A stretch of DNA of 64,000 nucleotides. Source: a virus. Positions 20,254 to 29,662 of this stretch are shown here, in pieces. The notes beneath the pieces are model-generated. The model worked only from the letters and a program-made list of their open reading frames with translations. It ran no database searches and was not told where the DNA came from. Position 1 is the stretch's first letter. Each line of letters starts with the position of its first letter. Location of the stretch: positions 1 to 64,000 of the IMG/VR virus record IMGVR_UViG_3300025102_007089; one strand, 5' to 3'. The position numbers and the translations under genes are program-made.

Positions 20254-20604
20254 ATGTCAGACATTAAAACTATCTCAGATCACATCGGTCGTACTGTTGT
20301 AGGCGTTGTAACAAAAGAAGATGACGAGACTATTACTATTAATAATCCTGTTATTATTCACGTGCAACCTAACCCGCAAAACGGTCAACTCCAAGTTCAG
20401 TCCTTTCCATACTTGTTTATGGAATTTATTAAAGGAGACAAAACACAAAATAATTGGACTTTTAATAAATCAGTTATCTCTATCTCTGATGTAGAGTTAG
20501 ATGATAGAATTGTACAGCAATACGAGAATATTAATTCTCCACAAGCTGCTGAAGGGGAAGCTGCTGAAGAAGATCCAGAAGTAATTAAGTTGTTCGATGA
20601 TTAA
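20254..20604 (+). CDS. Hypothetical protein (possible Sm-like beta fold)
   Basis: ORF with its own promoter and terminator. Confidence 0.65.
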   Translation: MSDIKTISDHIGRTVVGVVTKEDDETITINNPVIIHVQPNPQNGQLQVQSFPYLFMEFIKGDKTQNNWTFNKSVISISDVELDDRIVQQYENINSPQAAEGEAAEEDPEVIKLFDD

Positions 20605-20627
20605 AATCGACGATAAGCAAAAATAGT

Positions 20628-20662
20628 AAAAACTCCCCTTCGGAAGTTGGGGAGTTTTTTTT
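20628..20662 (+). terminator. Rho-independent terminator
   Basis: AAAAACTCCCC / GGGGAGTTTTT stem followed by a T-run. Confidence 0.85.
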
Positions 20663-20681
20663 GGTTTTTTTAACACTATAC

Positions 20682-20689
20682 TATAAATA
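20682..20689 (+). promoter_or_regulatory. T4-type late promoter TATAAATA for hsp20
   Basis: Exact gp55 consensus 8 nt before the ATG. Confidence 0.7.
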
Positions 20690-20697
20690 CTATTACT

Positions 20698-21108
20698 ATG
20701 AAACTAACTAAATATACACATAACCCAATTGCTGAAATCGAAAGAGCCTTTGATGGCTTCTTTAACCTAACACCTGTCTTTCATCAATTGGAAGAAGTTT
20801 ACAAGACAGGTGATCAAGTTCGTTTTTCGCAAGATGAAAACACGCTAAGCGTGCAAATTGACCTACCAGGTGTTGCAAAAGATGATCTAGATCTTTCTAC
20901 AGATACAGATCAACGTGAAGTTTATATAAAAGCTAAGCGAAAAATTAAAACTAATGACGGAGAAAAAGAACAGACTTACAATAGATCATTCTCCGTAGGT
21001 AGAGAGTTTGATTTGAATAAAATTAAGTTTACTTATATTAACGGGGTACTAGAGGTAGATGTACCAAGAAGAAAAAAGGAAGAATATATAAAAACATATA
21101 CAGTCTAA
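20698..21108 (+). CDS. hsp20: Small heat-shock protein Hsp20
   Basis: IDLPGVAKDDL, YNRSF, YINGVLEVDVPR alpha-crystallin pattern. Confidence 0.88.
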   Translation: MKLTKYTHNPIAEIERAFDGFFNLTPVFHQLEEVYKTGDQVRFSQDENTLSVQIDLPGVAKDDLDLSTDTDQREVYIKAKRKIKTNDGEKEQTYNRSFSVGREFDLNKIKFTYINGVLEVDVPRRKKEEYIKTYTV

Positions 21109-21116
21109 AATTTAAA

Positions 21117-21308
21117 TGGGCCTAGCTAGCCCAAACCCGGGTGTGCCTGAATAAACATTTTAAGCAAGAGTGTTAAAGGGACTGCTGACTTACATGGAGG
21201 GTCGACTGACTATTAAATGTATAATGCGGGGTACAAGTAGGTAAAAAGATGAAACTGCATCTTGCCTAACTGAAAGTTGGAGGTAACCAGAAAATCCTCT
21301 CACCCACC
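21117..21308 (+). ncRNA. Candidate structured ncRNA of unknown family
   Basis: GC-enriched interval without a long ORF; multiple nested stems closed by GGGTG(21139)/CACCC(21301); terminator directly downstream. Confidence 0.6.
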
Positions 21309-21310
21309 TT

Positions 21311-21336
21311 AAAGCCCCCGAAAGGGGGCTTTTTTT
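21311..21336 (+). terminator. Rho-independent terminator
   Basis: AAAGCCCCC-GAAA-GGGGGCTTT followed by a T-run. Confidence 0.92.
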
Positions 21337-21350
21337 ATCTAAATAATTAG

Positions 21351-21668
21351 GTGAATATAATTGTTATAGCTGATTTAACTACTAATGAAGGGCTATACTT
21401 TAGATATCTATCAATGATGGTTCAAGCTGATGTTGTAGTGGAAACAAGCAAACCTTTAATTGATTATCATTATAGAAATCTTAAAAGCCAAGGTCTCTAT
21501 GACTGTGTGTATGATATGGTTACACCAGAATGTGGTGTAGAGGGTATTCGAATTGATACTGAATTGAATTACCCTATGACAATACAAACTGATACAATTA
21601 AAGGGGCTAATGTTTTGCATCTACTTAAACAAATAGAACAGTTGAAAAGTATAAAGAACTCTATATAA
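21351..21668 (+). CDS. Hypothetical protein
   Basis: GTG start 5 nt after CTAAATA. Confidence 0.6.
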   Translation: MNIIVIADLTTNEGLYFRYLSMMVQADVVVETSKPLIDYHYRNLKSQGLYDCVYDMVTPECGVEGIRIDTELNYPMTIQTDTIKGANVLHLLKQIEQLKSIKNSI

Positions 21669-21669
21669 T
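21642..21669 (+). promoter_or_regulatory. Sigma70-like promoter for uvsX (representative of a recurring class)
   Basis: TTGAAA-N16-TATAAT, 7 nt before the ATG; same layout at 689, 11994, 17301, 20219, 26474, 29627 and 57880(-). Confidence 0.75.
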
Positions 21670-21676
21670 TGTTTAT

Positions 21677-22786
21677 ATGGATAAAGATGTTTTAAAAGCT
21701 TTAGATGATATTGATAAGGTTAATCCTTTTGCTACGTATCTAAGTGATAGTACTTTAAGTAGAGTTGGTACTTGGATTGATACCGGATCCTACGTATTAA
21801 ATGCTATTATTTCTGGATCAATTCACGGTGGTATACCTAAAGGTCGTGTAACTATGCTAGCAGGAGAATCTATGACGGGTAAGTCGTTATTCGTTCAAAA
21901 GATTCTAGCTAAAGCTCAAGAAGAAGGTTTAATTCCAGTAATTTTTGATACTGAAAATGCTATCGACCCTGAAGGTGCTGAAAGACTTGGCTTAGATATT
22001 AGTAAAGTAAAGTATGTACCTTGTACTAGTATCGAGCAAGCTAGAAACTCTCTATATAAGTTCCTTATGTCTGTTAAAGAAAAGGGTCTTGAAGGTAAAT
22101 TTATTGTAGCTATTGATTCTTTAGCTAACTTGCAATCTGAATTGGAACTTTCTCGTATGAGCAAAGATAGTACTTCATCAGATATGGGTACTAAAGCTCG
22201 AGCTATGAAAACATTAATGCAAACTTGTACTAATTTAGGTTCAGTAACTCAAACAACTATTCTTTGTACTAATCATGTTTATGATGATCCTACTGCTCTC
22301 TTTCCTTCTATTGAAAAGAATATGCCTGGTGGAAAGTCATGTATCTATTTACCTTCTGTAACTGTTCAACTAGCTCGTAAGCCTATTAAAGATGACGGAG
22401 GTAAAACTGTAGATGGCGAACTAGCTGTAGGTCAGAAAAAGTACTCAGGTATTATTATTAGAGCCTTAACTCGTAAGAATAGATTTATTAAGCAATATTT
22501 AGAAGGTGAAATGTACTTATCATTTTCTTCTGGTCTAGATAGGTATTATGGATTAGTTGATTTAGCTGTTGGTGTTGGTGCTGTAATTCAAACTGGAGCT
22601 ACTTATCAGCTTGAAGATGGTACTAAGTTAGGCTATTATAAGAATTGGAGAAAAGATACTAAGCTTTGGGAAGAGACTATCTTACCTAAAGTAGAAGAAC
22701 GTATTAAAAATGAATGGTCTTATAGTAATAACGAAGATGAAATCCCCGAAGAAGTAGAAGATGAAGAAATTAGTATTGACGCTTAG
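21677..22786 (+). CDS. uvsX: RecA-like recombinase UvsX
   Basis: IDTGSYVLNAIISGS..GGIP, GESMTGKS, FDTENA, IDSL, NHVY, GG. Confidence 0.92.
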   Translation: MDKDVLKALDDIDKVNPFATYLSDSTLSRVGTWIDTGSYVLNAIISGSIHGGIPKGRVTMLAGESMTGKSLFVQKILAKAQEEGLIPVIFDTENAIDPEGAERLGLDISKVKYVPCTSIEQARNSLYKFLMSVKEKGLEGKFIVAIDSLANLQSELELSRMSKDSTSSDMGTKARAMKTLMQTCTNLGSVTQTTILCTNHVYDDPTALFPSIEKNMPGGKSCIYLPSVTVQLARKPIKDDGGKTVDGELAVGQKKYSGIIIRALTRKNRFIKQYLEGEMYLSFSSGLDRYYGLVDLAVGVGAVIQTGATYQLEDGTKLGYYKNWRKDTKLWEETILPKVEERIKNEWSYSNNEDEIPEEVEDEEISIDA

Positions 22787-23516
22787 TGGCGGAATGGACT
22801 CGTCTGTGCTGTTGTATATGGCGCAGGATAGAGGTTTTGAAGAAGTACATACAGTAACTTTTGATTATGGTCAAAGGCATAAACGTGAACTTAGTTGTGT
22901 TGATAAACAACTACATAACTTTGCTGAACGTTATGGTGATTGGGTAAACTTGAAAGTAACTAATAAAGTACTTGATGTAAAATATATTAAAGATATTGCA
23001 CCTACTTCTTCTTTAACTAATAAGGATATAGATAATCCTGATATTAGTAAAATGGCAGGAGATGCGCAGCCCGTCTCATATGTACCGTTTAGAAACTTAA
23101 TGTTTCTATCTATTTGCTCTGCTTATGCAGAAAGCGTTGGTGCAGATACAGTATGGTATGGAGCTGCTCTGGTAGATTCTCTAGCTGGTTACTGGGATGG
23201 GAGTGAAGAGTTTGTTGATATGGTAAACAAAGTAACCGATCTTAATAGAGAGAATAGGATCAACATAGAAGCTCCTTTACTTGAAATGACAAAACCTGAT
23301 ATTATTAAAGAAGGTATTAGACTTGGTGTTAAGTATAAAGATACTTGGACTTGTTACTCTGATAGAGAGGATGGTTTAGCTGATGCTACTACACCTTCAA
23401 GTAGTATGAGAGTAAAAGGATTTGTAGACGCAGGTTATAAAGATCCTATTACTTACATTCAACAAGATAAGTTGAATAAGCTCTATGACGAGAATAATTG
23501 CAGAGAATGTGCTTAA
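22761..23516 (+). CDS. queC: 7-cyano-7-deazaguanine synthase QueC-like (Zn-binding cysteines mostly replaced)
   Basis: SGGMDS PP-loop, FDYGQRH, YVPFRN, TWTCY. Confidence 0.88.
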   Translation: MKKLVLTLSGGMDSSVLLYMAQDRGFEEVHTVTFDYGQRHKRELSCVDKQLHNFAERYGDWVNLKVTNKVLDVKYIKDIAPTSSLTNKDIDNPDISKMAGDAQPVSYVPFRNLMFLSICSAYAESVGADTVWYGAALVDSLAGYWDGSEEFVDMVNKVTDLNRENRINIEAPLLEMTKPDIIKEGIRLGVKYKDTWTCYSDREDGLADATTPSSSMRVKGFVDAGYKDPITYIQQDKLNKLYDENNCRECA

Positions 23517-24676
23517 AGACCGTAACGTCTAAGTTCCTCTAACTGCCATTGAGTTTTAGGCTTATATCTTTCTTTAAAGGATTGATTTTTGACTTCAGTC
23601 TTTTTATTTCTTTTGTCTGAAGCTGTCTGCTCAGTCAAATAAGCAGCAGTTGAGGTTTCGGAAACTTCTAAATGGGGTTGAGCTACGTACTCTTTACTTT
23701 CTTTATTCATAGCTTGTTTAATTTTCTTTCTCCTATTTAAAAGGTATTCATCAGTCTTATCTTCATCTCCATCATTATCAATATCTCCGTCTTCTTTACC
23801 TACAGGATCCATTTCATCTTCTGCTACCGCGGCAGCAGCTAAAGCTTTTTGCTGCTCTTCATAATCATCACCCGTCACATCACTAGCATCTCTTGCCATG
23901 GCGGCAATATGTGGATCTTCTTGATCAGACTTTACAGCAACTTGCGCTTTTGCTGGTTTGATGATAGTTGATAAATAAGCTGCAATTTTTTCATAACCTG
24001 GCTCATTTGCTATTTGTCTTACAAAACTCTCAAGCTGTTTAACTGTGTTAATTTTTTCTGCGTAATCAACAACTTGATCTAAAGCTTGATCACTAATATC
24101 AAATCCTTCATCTCCTAAGTTTTGCTTAATATCATTTAAAACTCTATTCATTAATCCCTTAACAAGCATTACTTCATCTATATCAGCACCAATTTCATCT
24201 GATAACTTATCCGCAAGTTCATCAGGATCAGCTGCTTTAATTTGCTCTACTTCTTGTGGAGTAAACTCCCCTCTCTTTTGATCGTTTTTTAATGCAAAGG
24301 CAATTAGAGCATCGCTTTCAGCTTCAATATACTTATCAAGCTTTTCAGCTCTATCATCTAAAAAATAATCCGGATCCTTATCACTTAAATATTTTATAAT
24401 TTGAGTAGAAGAAGTACTCATACGATATAATTTTTCTGCTTCTGCATCATTTATAACATCTAAATTATATAACGCTCTAATCATCATACGATTTTTTAAT
24501 CTTGACTGTGAAGGAGCTGGTCTACCCTCAGGGTCACGGTATGCTTTTAATTTAGGGCCTAACCCTTTACGCACCATTTGCTTATATCGAGAAAGAGCAT
24601 CTTTTTCTTCGAGAATTTCTGCTCTGTTGATTAAATCATTAAAGCTATTAATATTAGTTATATCAAAGGAACTCAT
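23513..24676 (-). CDS. Late protein, probable internal head protein
   Basis: DPVGKEDGDIDNDGDEDKTDEYL.NRRK motif; TATAAATA at 24683-24690. Confidence 0.65.
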   Translation of the reverse strand: MSSFDITNINSFNDLINRAEILEEKDALSRYKQMVRKGLGPKLKAYRDPEGRPAPSQSRLKNRMMIRALYNLDVINDAEAEKLYRMSTSSTQIIKYLSDKDPDYFLDDRAEKLDKYIEAESDALIAFALKNDQKRGEFTPQEVEQIKAADPDELADKLSDEIGADIDEVMLVKGLMNRVLNDIKQNLGDEGFDISDQALDQVVDYAEKINTVKQLESFVRQIANEPGYEKIAAYLSTIIKPAKAQVAVKSDQEDPHIAAMARDASDVTGDDYEEQQKALAAAAVAEDEMDPVGKEDGDIDNDGDEDKTDEYLLNRRKKIKQAMNKESKEYVAQPHLEVSETSTAAYLTEQTASDKRNKKTEVKNQSFKERYKPKTQWQLEELRRYGL

Positions 24677-24693
24677 ATAATATATTTATACCT

Positions 24694-25146
24694 ATGAAGC
24701 TGAATTATAAGGATTTTAATAAAATGACTGATAGGGAGTTGTTCAAACTTCCTGGAGTTGGTAGAACTACAGCTAAACGGATTATTGGTTTTAGACCGTT
24801 TAGAAATAATAACGATTTATTCAAGGTTAAGGGGTTGGGTAAGAAGACCTTAAAGCAATTAGGTATTGAAAAAGCTAAGAAAAAGCAGAAAAAGTGGTAT
24901 ACAATTGATGGGGTTGAATATCCAGATAATGCTTTAGCTAAAGATAAAAGATTTGGAACTATTGATTTATTTTGGCGCATCCCTAAAGCTCATAGAGAGA
25001 GTATTAGTGAGCCATCTCCTTGGATATTACGTATGCGAAGAATTAGTGAACGTATCAGAGATGAAGGACCTGAAGGTACTATGAGTAGATATGTTGATAA
25101 TTCGTATATGTGGGAGCCAGGTTTCAAGTTTCCGTGGGAAGATTGA
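24694..25146 (+). CDS. Helix-hairpin-helix DNA-binding protein (ComEA-like)
   Basis: LPGVGRTTAKRII..RPF...DL.KVKGLGKK. Confidence 0.8.
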   Translation: MKLNYKDFNKMTDRELFKLPGVGRTTAKRIIGFRPFRNNNDLFKVKGLGKKTLKQLGIEKAKKKQKKWYTIDGVEYPDNALAKDKRFGTIDLFWRIPKAHRESISEPSPWILRMRRISERIRDEGPEGTMSRYVDNSYMWEPGFKFPWED

Positions 25147-25175
25147 AAAAGTAAAACCTTACTATAATTATTTTT

Positions 25176-25844
25176 ATGTGTGCAATTTTCGGATCTCCTG
25201 ATACTACAATGGTAGAAATACTGTATCAAGCTAATAAAGAACGAGGCAATTTTGCTAGTAGTATAGTTCAATTAACAGATTTCGAGCAACATGTACTTAA
25301 GAAAGAAGGTGATATAGACTTTGAACAGGTTACATTAGATGAAAAAAATAATTATTATCTAGGACATGTCCAGGCTCCTACTTCATCACAAAGAAAATGG
25401 CATTACGATACGTCGCATCCGTTTGAGACTATGTCATGGATGGTATTTCATAATGGAGTTATAACAAATGAAGAATCTATTAGAAATAAAAAACTATCTC
25501 ATATCTTAAATCCTGTAGATACTGCTTTAATAGTAAATCTTATACAACAATATATGGAAAGAGATAAGTCAAGTAAACCTAACCCTATAAAATATATTAA
25601 AAAAGCGCTTGAGGATCTCGATGGATCATTTGCATTATCAATATTAGATTGTGATACTAATGAACTATACTTAGCAAGAGTAGGCTCAGCTCTACACTAT
25701 AATAATGATGGTTGTTTTTCTACTATGCCGGGTAATAATTATAAAGAAGTACCTGAGGGAGTTATTTTAAGACTCAATAGAAAGACTAACAACTTTAATA
25801 AAGTAGGTACGTTTAAACATACTTCACCCTTTTTGTTTATATGA
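25176..25844 (+). CDS. Class II (Ntn) glutamine amidotransferase
   Basis: N-terminal MCAIFG, RG, GH.QAPT, HPF, HNGVI, VDT. Confidence 0.82.
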   Translation: MCAIFGSPDTTMVEILYQANKERGNFASSIVQLTDFEQHVLKKEGDIDFEQVTLDEKNNYYLGHVQAPTSSQRKWHYDTSHPFETMSWMVFHNGVITNEESIRNKKLSHILNPVDTALIVNLIQQYMERDKSSKPNPIKYIKKALEDLDGSFALSILDCDTNELYLARVGSALHYNNDGCFSTMPGNNYKEVPEGVILRLNRKTNNFNKVGTFKHTSPFLFI

Positions 25845-26494
25845 GCGATTTATTTATATTTTCTGCTACTAAAGGTAAAAAAGAAGACACTCTACTATAT
25901 CAAACATCTGATTATAGAGATGAAATTTTCTTTAAGGAACATAATACAGATTCTTTACAATCTCTTTATAACAAAGCTATAGAATTTTCTATAAAAGAAA
26001 ATATCGAATATATAGTACTTGCTCACGACGATGTAATTTTAGAAAACTTTTCACATGAAAGAATGCTTGAAAATTTTGAGAATTATGATGTACTTGGTGT
26101 AGCAGGAGCTGCAGAAGTTAAACTTCAAGAACCCGCTCTTTGGCACTTAATGGGAGGAGGATTAGGTAGCGATAAACTACATGGGGCAGTTGCTCATCTA
26201 CACGGCAAAGAAAAATTTATGACAAGTTTTGGCTCTTACCCTCATAGAGCTATTTTACTTGATGGTGTTTTCTTAGCTATAAAGAGAGAAGTATTTAAAA
26301 AGGTAAGATTTGATGAAAAATGCCCTTCTAAATTTCACTTTTATGATTTAGATTATACTATATCTTCTCATAAAGCGGGGTTTAGAAATGGAGTTTCCGA
26401 TATATACGTTACTCATGCTTCACCTGGTTTAACTAATTTTTCCGAAGAGTTTAAAGAGGGTCAAAAATGGTTCTTGAATAAGTGGAAGAAGTAA
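25841..26494 (+). CDS. Glycosyltransferase family 2-like
   Basis: YNKAI, AHDDV, GVAG, LDGVFLA, FDE, FHFYDLD, H.SPG. Confidence 0.75.
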   Translation: MSDLFIFSATKGKKEDTLLYQTSDYRDEIFFKEHNTDSLQSLYNKAIEFSIKENIEYIVLAHDDVILENFSHERMLENFENYDVLGVAGAAEVKLQEPALWHLMGGGLGSDKLHGAVAHLHGKEKFMTSFGSYPHRAILLDGVFLAIKREVFKKVRFDEKCPSKFHFYDLDYTISSHKAGFRNGVSDIYVTHASPGLTNFSEEFKEGQKWFLNKWKK

Positions 26495-26507
26495 CTATAC
26501 TACAGTT

Positions 26508-27815
26508 GTGAGTAAATTAGACTTAGATTATTTCGAAAATATTCTAATCTTTAAGTCTCTTACTGATAGTGGGTATCTAGCGAGTATAGCAGATATAGTA
26601 CAACCGGCTTACTTTAAAAATAAAGCTATAGCTGATGTATTTTCTATTATTAAAGACTTTAGTGAGAAGCGAAATAAATTACCTACTACGACTGAGCTAA
26701 AGTCTTATTTAGTTACAGATGATCAAAAAGATTCATTTAAAGAGTTAGTTGGCTCTTTTTCTGATATAGATAAAAATTTAGATAAAGATGAGCTTTATGA
26801 TAATACTGAGCAGTTCTTAAAAGAGAAAGCAGTATATCATACTATGCTTGATGTAGCAGAAGATGTTGCGAAAGGTACTGTAGATACTTCGATAGTATTA
26901 GATAAGTTTGAAAAATCTTGTAATATTAACTTAGTAACCGATTTAGGGTTAGATGTACAACAAGATATTGATAGTATTATTAATGATATTACATCTGTAC
27001 AGAGACATATTCCTAGTAACTGGGAATGGTTAGATAATAACTTAGATGGTGGCTTCTTAGAAGCGGGTAAATCCTTATATGTATTTGCTGGTGAAACTAA
27101 TATTGGTAAGTCAATATTTTTAGGTAATATAGCGAGAAATATAGCAAGTCAAGGTAAGAATGTTCTTTTAGTAACTTTAGAGATGTCAGAGTTATTATAT
27201 GCTCGACGTATATGTACTAATATATCAAAGATTCCTATTAAAGAGATGAGTACTAATACTGCTTTGTTAAAGCAGGCTGTTGAAGAAGAACCAGGTAAAA
27301 TCTTTATTAAAGAGTTTCCGCCTTCTACTATTACAGCTAATCAACTTAAAGCTTTTGTAAAGAAGTTTTCCGAGAAAGGTATTAAACTTGATGCTATAGT
27401 ATTAGACTATCTTAATTTAATGCATTCTTCTATAGGTAATAATTCATATGAAAGAATAAAGCATGTAACGGAGCAAGTAAGAGCTATGAGTTATCTTTTT
27501 GAATGTCCTATTATATCAGCAACGCAACTTAATAGAGCCGGATTCGATCAAGATAATCCTGACCTTGCTACTATATCTGAATCTATTGGTCTAGCTGCTA
27601 CTGCTGATGTAATTGCTTCTATATATCAAAATGAAGAAGATAGAGAGCTAGGTATTATTCGATTAGGTATGATGAAAAATCGTTATGGTCCTCGAGGTAC
27701 TACTCAAGCTATGAGAATTGATTATTCTACTCTAACTATTGAGCAAGCAGATGATATAGAGCTAGAAGATGAAAGTAGCGAGACTCTAGGGGCTTTAGCC
27801 GCTCTTGCAAATTAA
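26508..27815 (+). CDS. gp41: Replicative DnaB-like helicase gp41
   Basis: GETNIGKS, TLEMSE, LDYLNL, ATQLNR, SES.GL.ATAD, KNRYG. Confidence 0.93.
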   Translation: MSKLDLDYFENILIFKSLTDSGYLASIADIVQPAYFKNKAIADVFSIIKDFSEKRNKLPTTTELKSYLVTDDQKDSFKELVGSFSDIDKNLDKDELYDNTEQFLKEKAVYHTMLDVAEDVAKGTVDTSIVLDKFEKSCNINLVTDLGLDVQQDIDSIINDITSVQRHIPSNWEWLDNNLDGGFLEAGKSLYVFAGETNIGKSIFLGNIARNIASQGKNVLLVTLEMSELLYARRICTNISKIPIKEMSTNTALLKQAVEEEPGKIFIKEFPPSTITANQLKAFVKKFSEKGIKLDAIVLDYLNLMHSSIGNNSYERIKHVTEQVRAMSYLFECPIISATQLNRAGFDQDNPDLATISESIGLAATADVIASIYQNEEDRELGIIRLGMMKNRYGPRGTTQAMRIDYSTLTIEQADDIELEDESSETLGALAALAN

Positions 27816-27837
27816 CAAAAGGAACTAAATAGTTTGA

Positions 27838-28707
27838 GTGAATGTACTTATATACACTGATAGTGATCTAGATGGAGCTGGCTCTGCACTGTTGTTAAAG
27901 TGGTATTTTAAAGATGCAAAAGACATAGTTATTGTTGAAACTGGAGAGTCTATTTTAACTTCTAATTTTAAAAGTAGAGAAGGTACGTTTGATCATTTTG
28001 ATAAAATTTTTATTTTAGATCTCTCTCTAACTAAAGATATAATTCCTTATATAGATAGAGAAAAAGTAATAGTTATAGACCATCACGCTGATCACTATGA
28101 TTTAAAAGATTATTATAAGAATGCTAAAGCTATTATCGAGCCAGGTTCTTCATGTGTAAAACTAATTAGTAAGATATTTAGTAAAAAACTTAATCTGACT
28201 GAAGATCAACAGACTTTAATAGATCATATTGATAGCTACGATAGTTTTAATTTTAAAAGCAAAGACCCTCTTAAACTCAATGCGATTTTTAACTGTTATA
28301 ACAGACCTAAGGTTGAGCAGTTTATAACTGCATTTTATGATGGGTTTAGAGAATATAGTATATATGAAAAAAATGCTATTAATTTACACTTTAAAAAATT
28401 AAAAGAACAAATAAAAAATGCTGAAATTTTTAAAGGTAAAATAAAGGAGTATGATGTGATAGCAACTTTTGCTGATTATGCTATAAATGAAGTAGCGCGT
28501 TATTTCATCAACATACATAAAGCTGAGATTGGTATTGTTGTTAATAAAAAGGCTAAAGTAGTATCGTTTAGAAGAGCTAAAGAATCGAAAGTAGATGTAA
28601 GTATATTAGCTAAAACTTTATGTGAAGGAGGGGGATCGGTTGCAGCAGCTGGTGGCAAGCTCACAGAAAAATTCGGAGAACTAACCAAACAATTTAAACC
28701 ATGCTAA
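27838..28707 (+). CDS. DHH-family phosphoesterase
   Basis: DSDLDG, ILDLS, IDHH, SFR, GGG..AAGG. Confidence 0.8.
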   Translation: MNVLIYTDSDLDGAGSALLLKWYFKDAKDIVIVETGESILTSNFKSREGTFDHFDKIFILDLSLTKDIIPYIDREKVIVIDHHADHYDLKDYYKNAKAIIEPGSSCVKLISKIFSKKLNLTEDQQTLIDHIDSYDSFNFKSKDPLKLNAIFNCYNRPKVEQFITAFYDGFREYSIYEKNAINLHFKKLKEQIKNAEIFKGKIKEYDVIATFADYAINEVARYFINIHKAEIGIVVNKKAKVVSFRRAKESKVDVSILAKTLCEGGGSVAAAGGKLTEKFGELTKQFKPC

Positions 28708-28997
28708 AACCAGGAGGCGAATTAGGGCCATTTCATACAATACAAGGCAAAGAAACAGAACATCTTTTATTATGTTTTTGCACCTTTTGCTCACTTTTAA
28801 AAGGAAAGAAGCTATCATATCAGAATATATTCTTACTGCTATTGAAAGAAAAAAGATTAAGGGAGTTATTTAAAGATCTTTTAACAGTTGATACTAATTT
28901 TGAAATGGTTAAAATGTTTATAGATTTTGACCCGTTAATTACTAAATCAAAATACGTAACAAAGTTCCTTAACAATAATAAAAATTTAAAATTATGA
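28701..28997 (+). CDS. Hypothetical protein
   Basis: ORF overlapping both neighbours. Confidence 0.55.
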   Translation: MLKPGGELGPFHTIQGKETEHLLLCFCTFCSLLKGKKLSYQNIFLLLLKEKRLRELFKDLLTVDTNFEMVKMFIDFDPLITKSKYVTKFLNNNKNLKL

Positions 28998-29647
28998 TTA
29001 CAGAAAAAGAGAAGCAAATTTACAATAGTTATTTGTATGCTTCTCGATCTGTTAAAAATCAACCGGTTAAGTTAAGGCAAAATTTTGATAAAATAGATAG
29101 CAAGACTGAAGTAGCTCTTAAAAAATTATCTATATTCTTATCAAAATATAATTATATTAATTATAACGATTATTTTATATCTCCATATAAAGTGTATGGA
29201 TCGGATAACTATTTCGATTTACAATTCTTTAATACCAGAAAAGCAATAAAATGCTATTCATTATATTGCAAAGAAAGGGAAGTTCAAAATCCTGATAGTG
29301 AAAATAGTATTGAAGCTCTTAAGGAGTGTTTAAGATTTGTATACAACTATTGTTGTGAACATAAGATAACTTTAAGTAAATACAAATCAAATATTGATAC
29401 AGAGACTATACCTGTAGTATTCAAGCATCTTAAAAATCATAAGGTTAATTTCTATACCCTGCATGCTCTAAAGATGGATTCTATAATTAAAGAGCAAGAT
29501 AAAGAGGTTATAGACTGGCTTATAAACGATTTTACTCAACTCTATTCGAATACCCGTTTAAAGTATATCGCTTCAAAAGTGTTGAAGGATAAAGCTAGAA
29601 AGGGAATTAAATTAATAGAAGAACAGTTGAATAATAGATATCAGTAA
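28994..29647 (+). CDS. Hypothetical protein, possibly gp59-like helicase loader
   Basis: 217 aa basic helical protein directly upstream of gp32; assignment by synteny and size only. Confidence 0.4.
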   Translation: MITEKEKQIYNSYLYASRSVKNQPVKLRQNFDKIDSKTEVALKKLSIFLSKYNYINYNDYFISPYKVYGSDNYFDLQFFNTRKAIKCYSLYCKEREVQNPDSENSIEALKECLRFVYNYCCEHKITLSKYKSNIDTETIPVVFKHLKNHKVNFYTLHALKMDSIIKEQDKEVIDWLINDFTQLYSNTRLKYIASKVLKDKARKGIKLIEEQLNNRYQ

Positions 29648-29662
29648 CTAATATAAAGATAT

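Noticed and set aside
21117-21308. tRNA-Sec, tmRNA or RNase P identity for the structured RNA
   Set aside because: No TTCRA T-loop, UCA anticodon arm, Ala-ending tag frame or GAGGAAAGUCC motif; length does not fit
11995-25170. Readthrough of the TGA stops of uvsW (11997) and the HhH gene (25146)
   Set aside because: Continuations are short, have no SECIS-like hairpin, and the TGA is part of a TTGAAA promoter-like hexamer for the next gene
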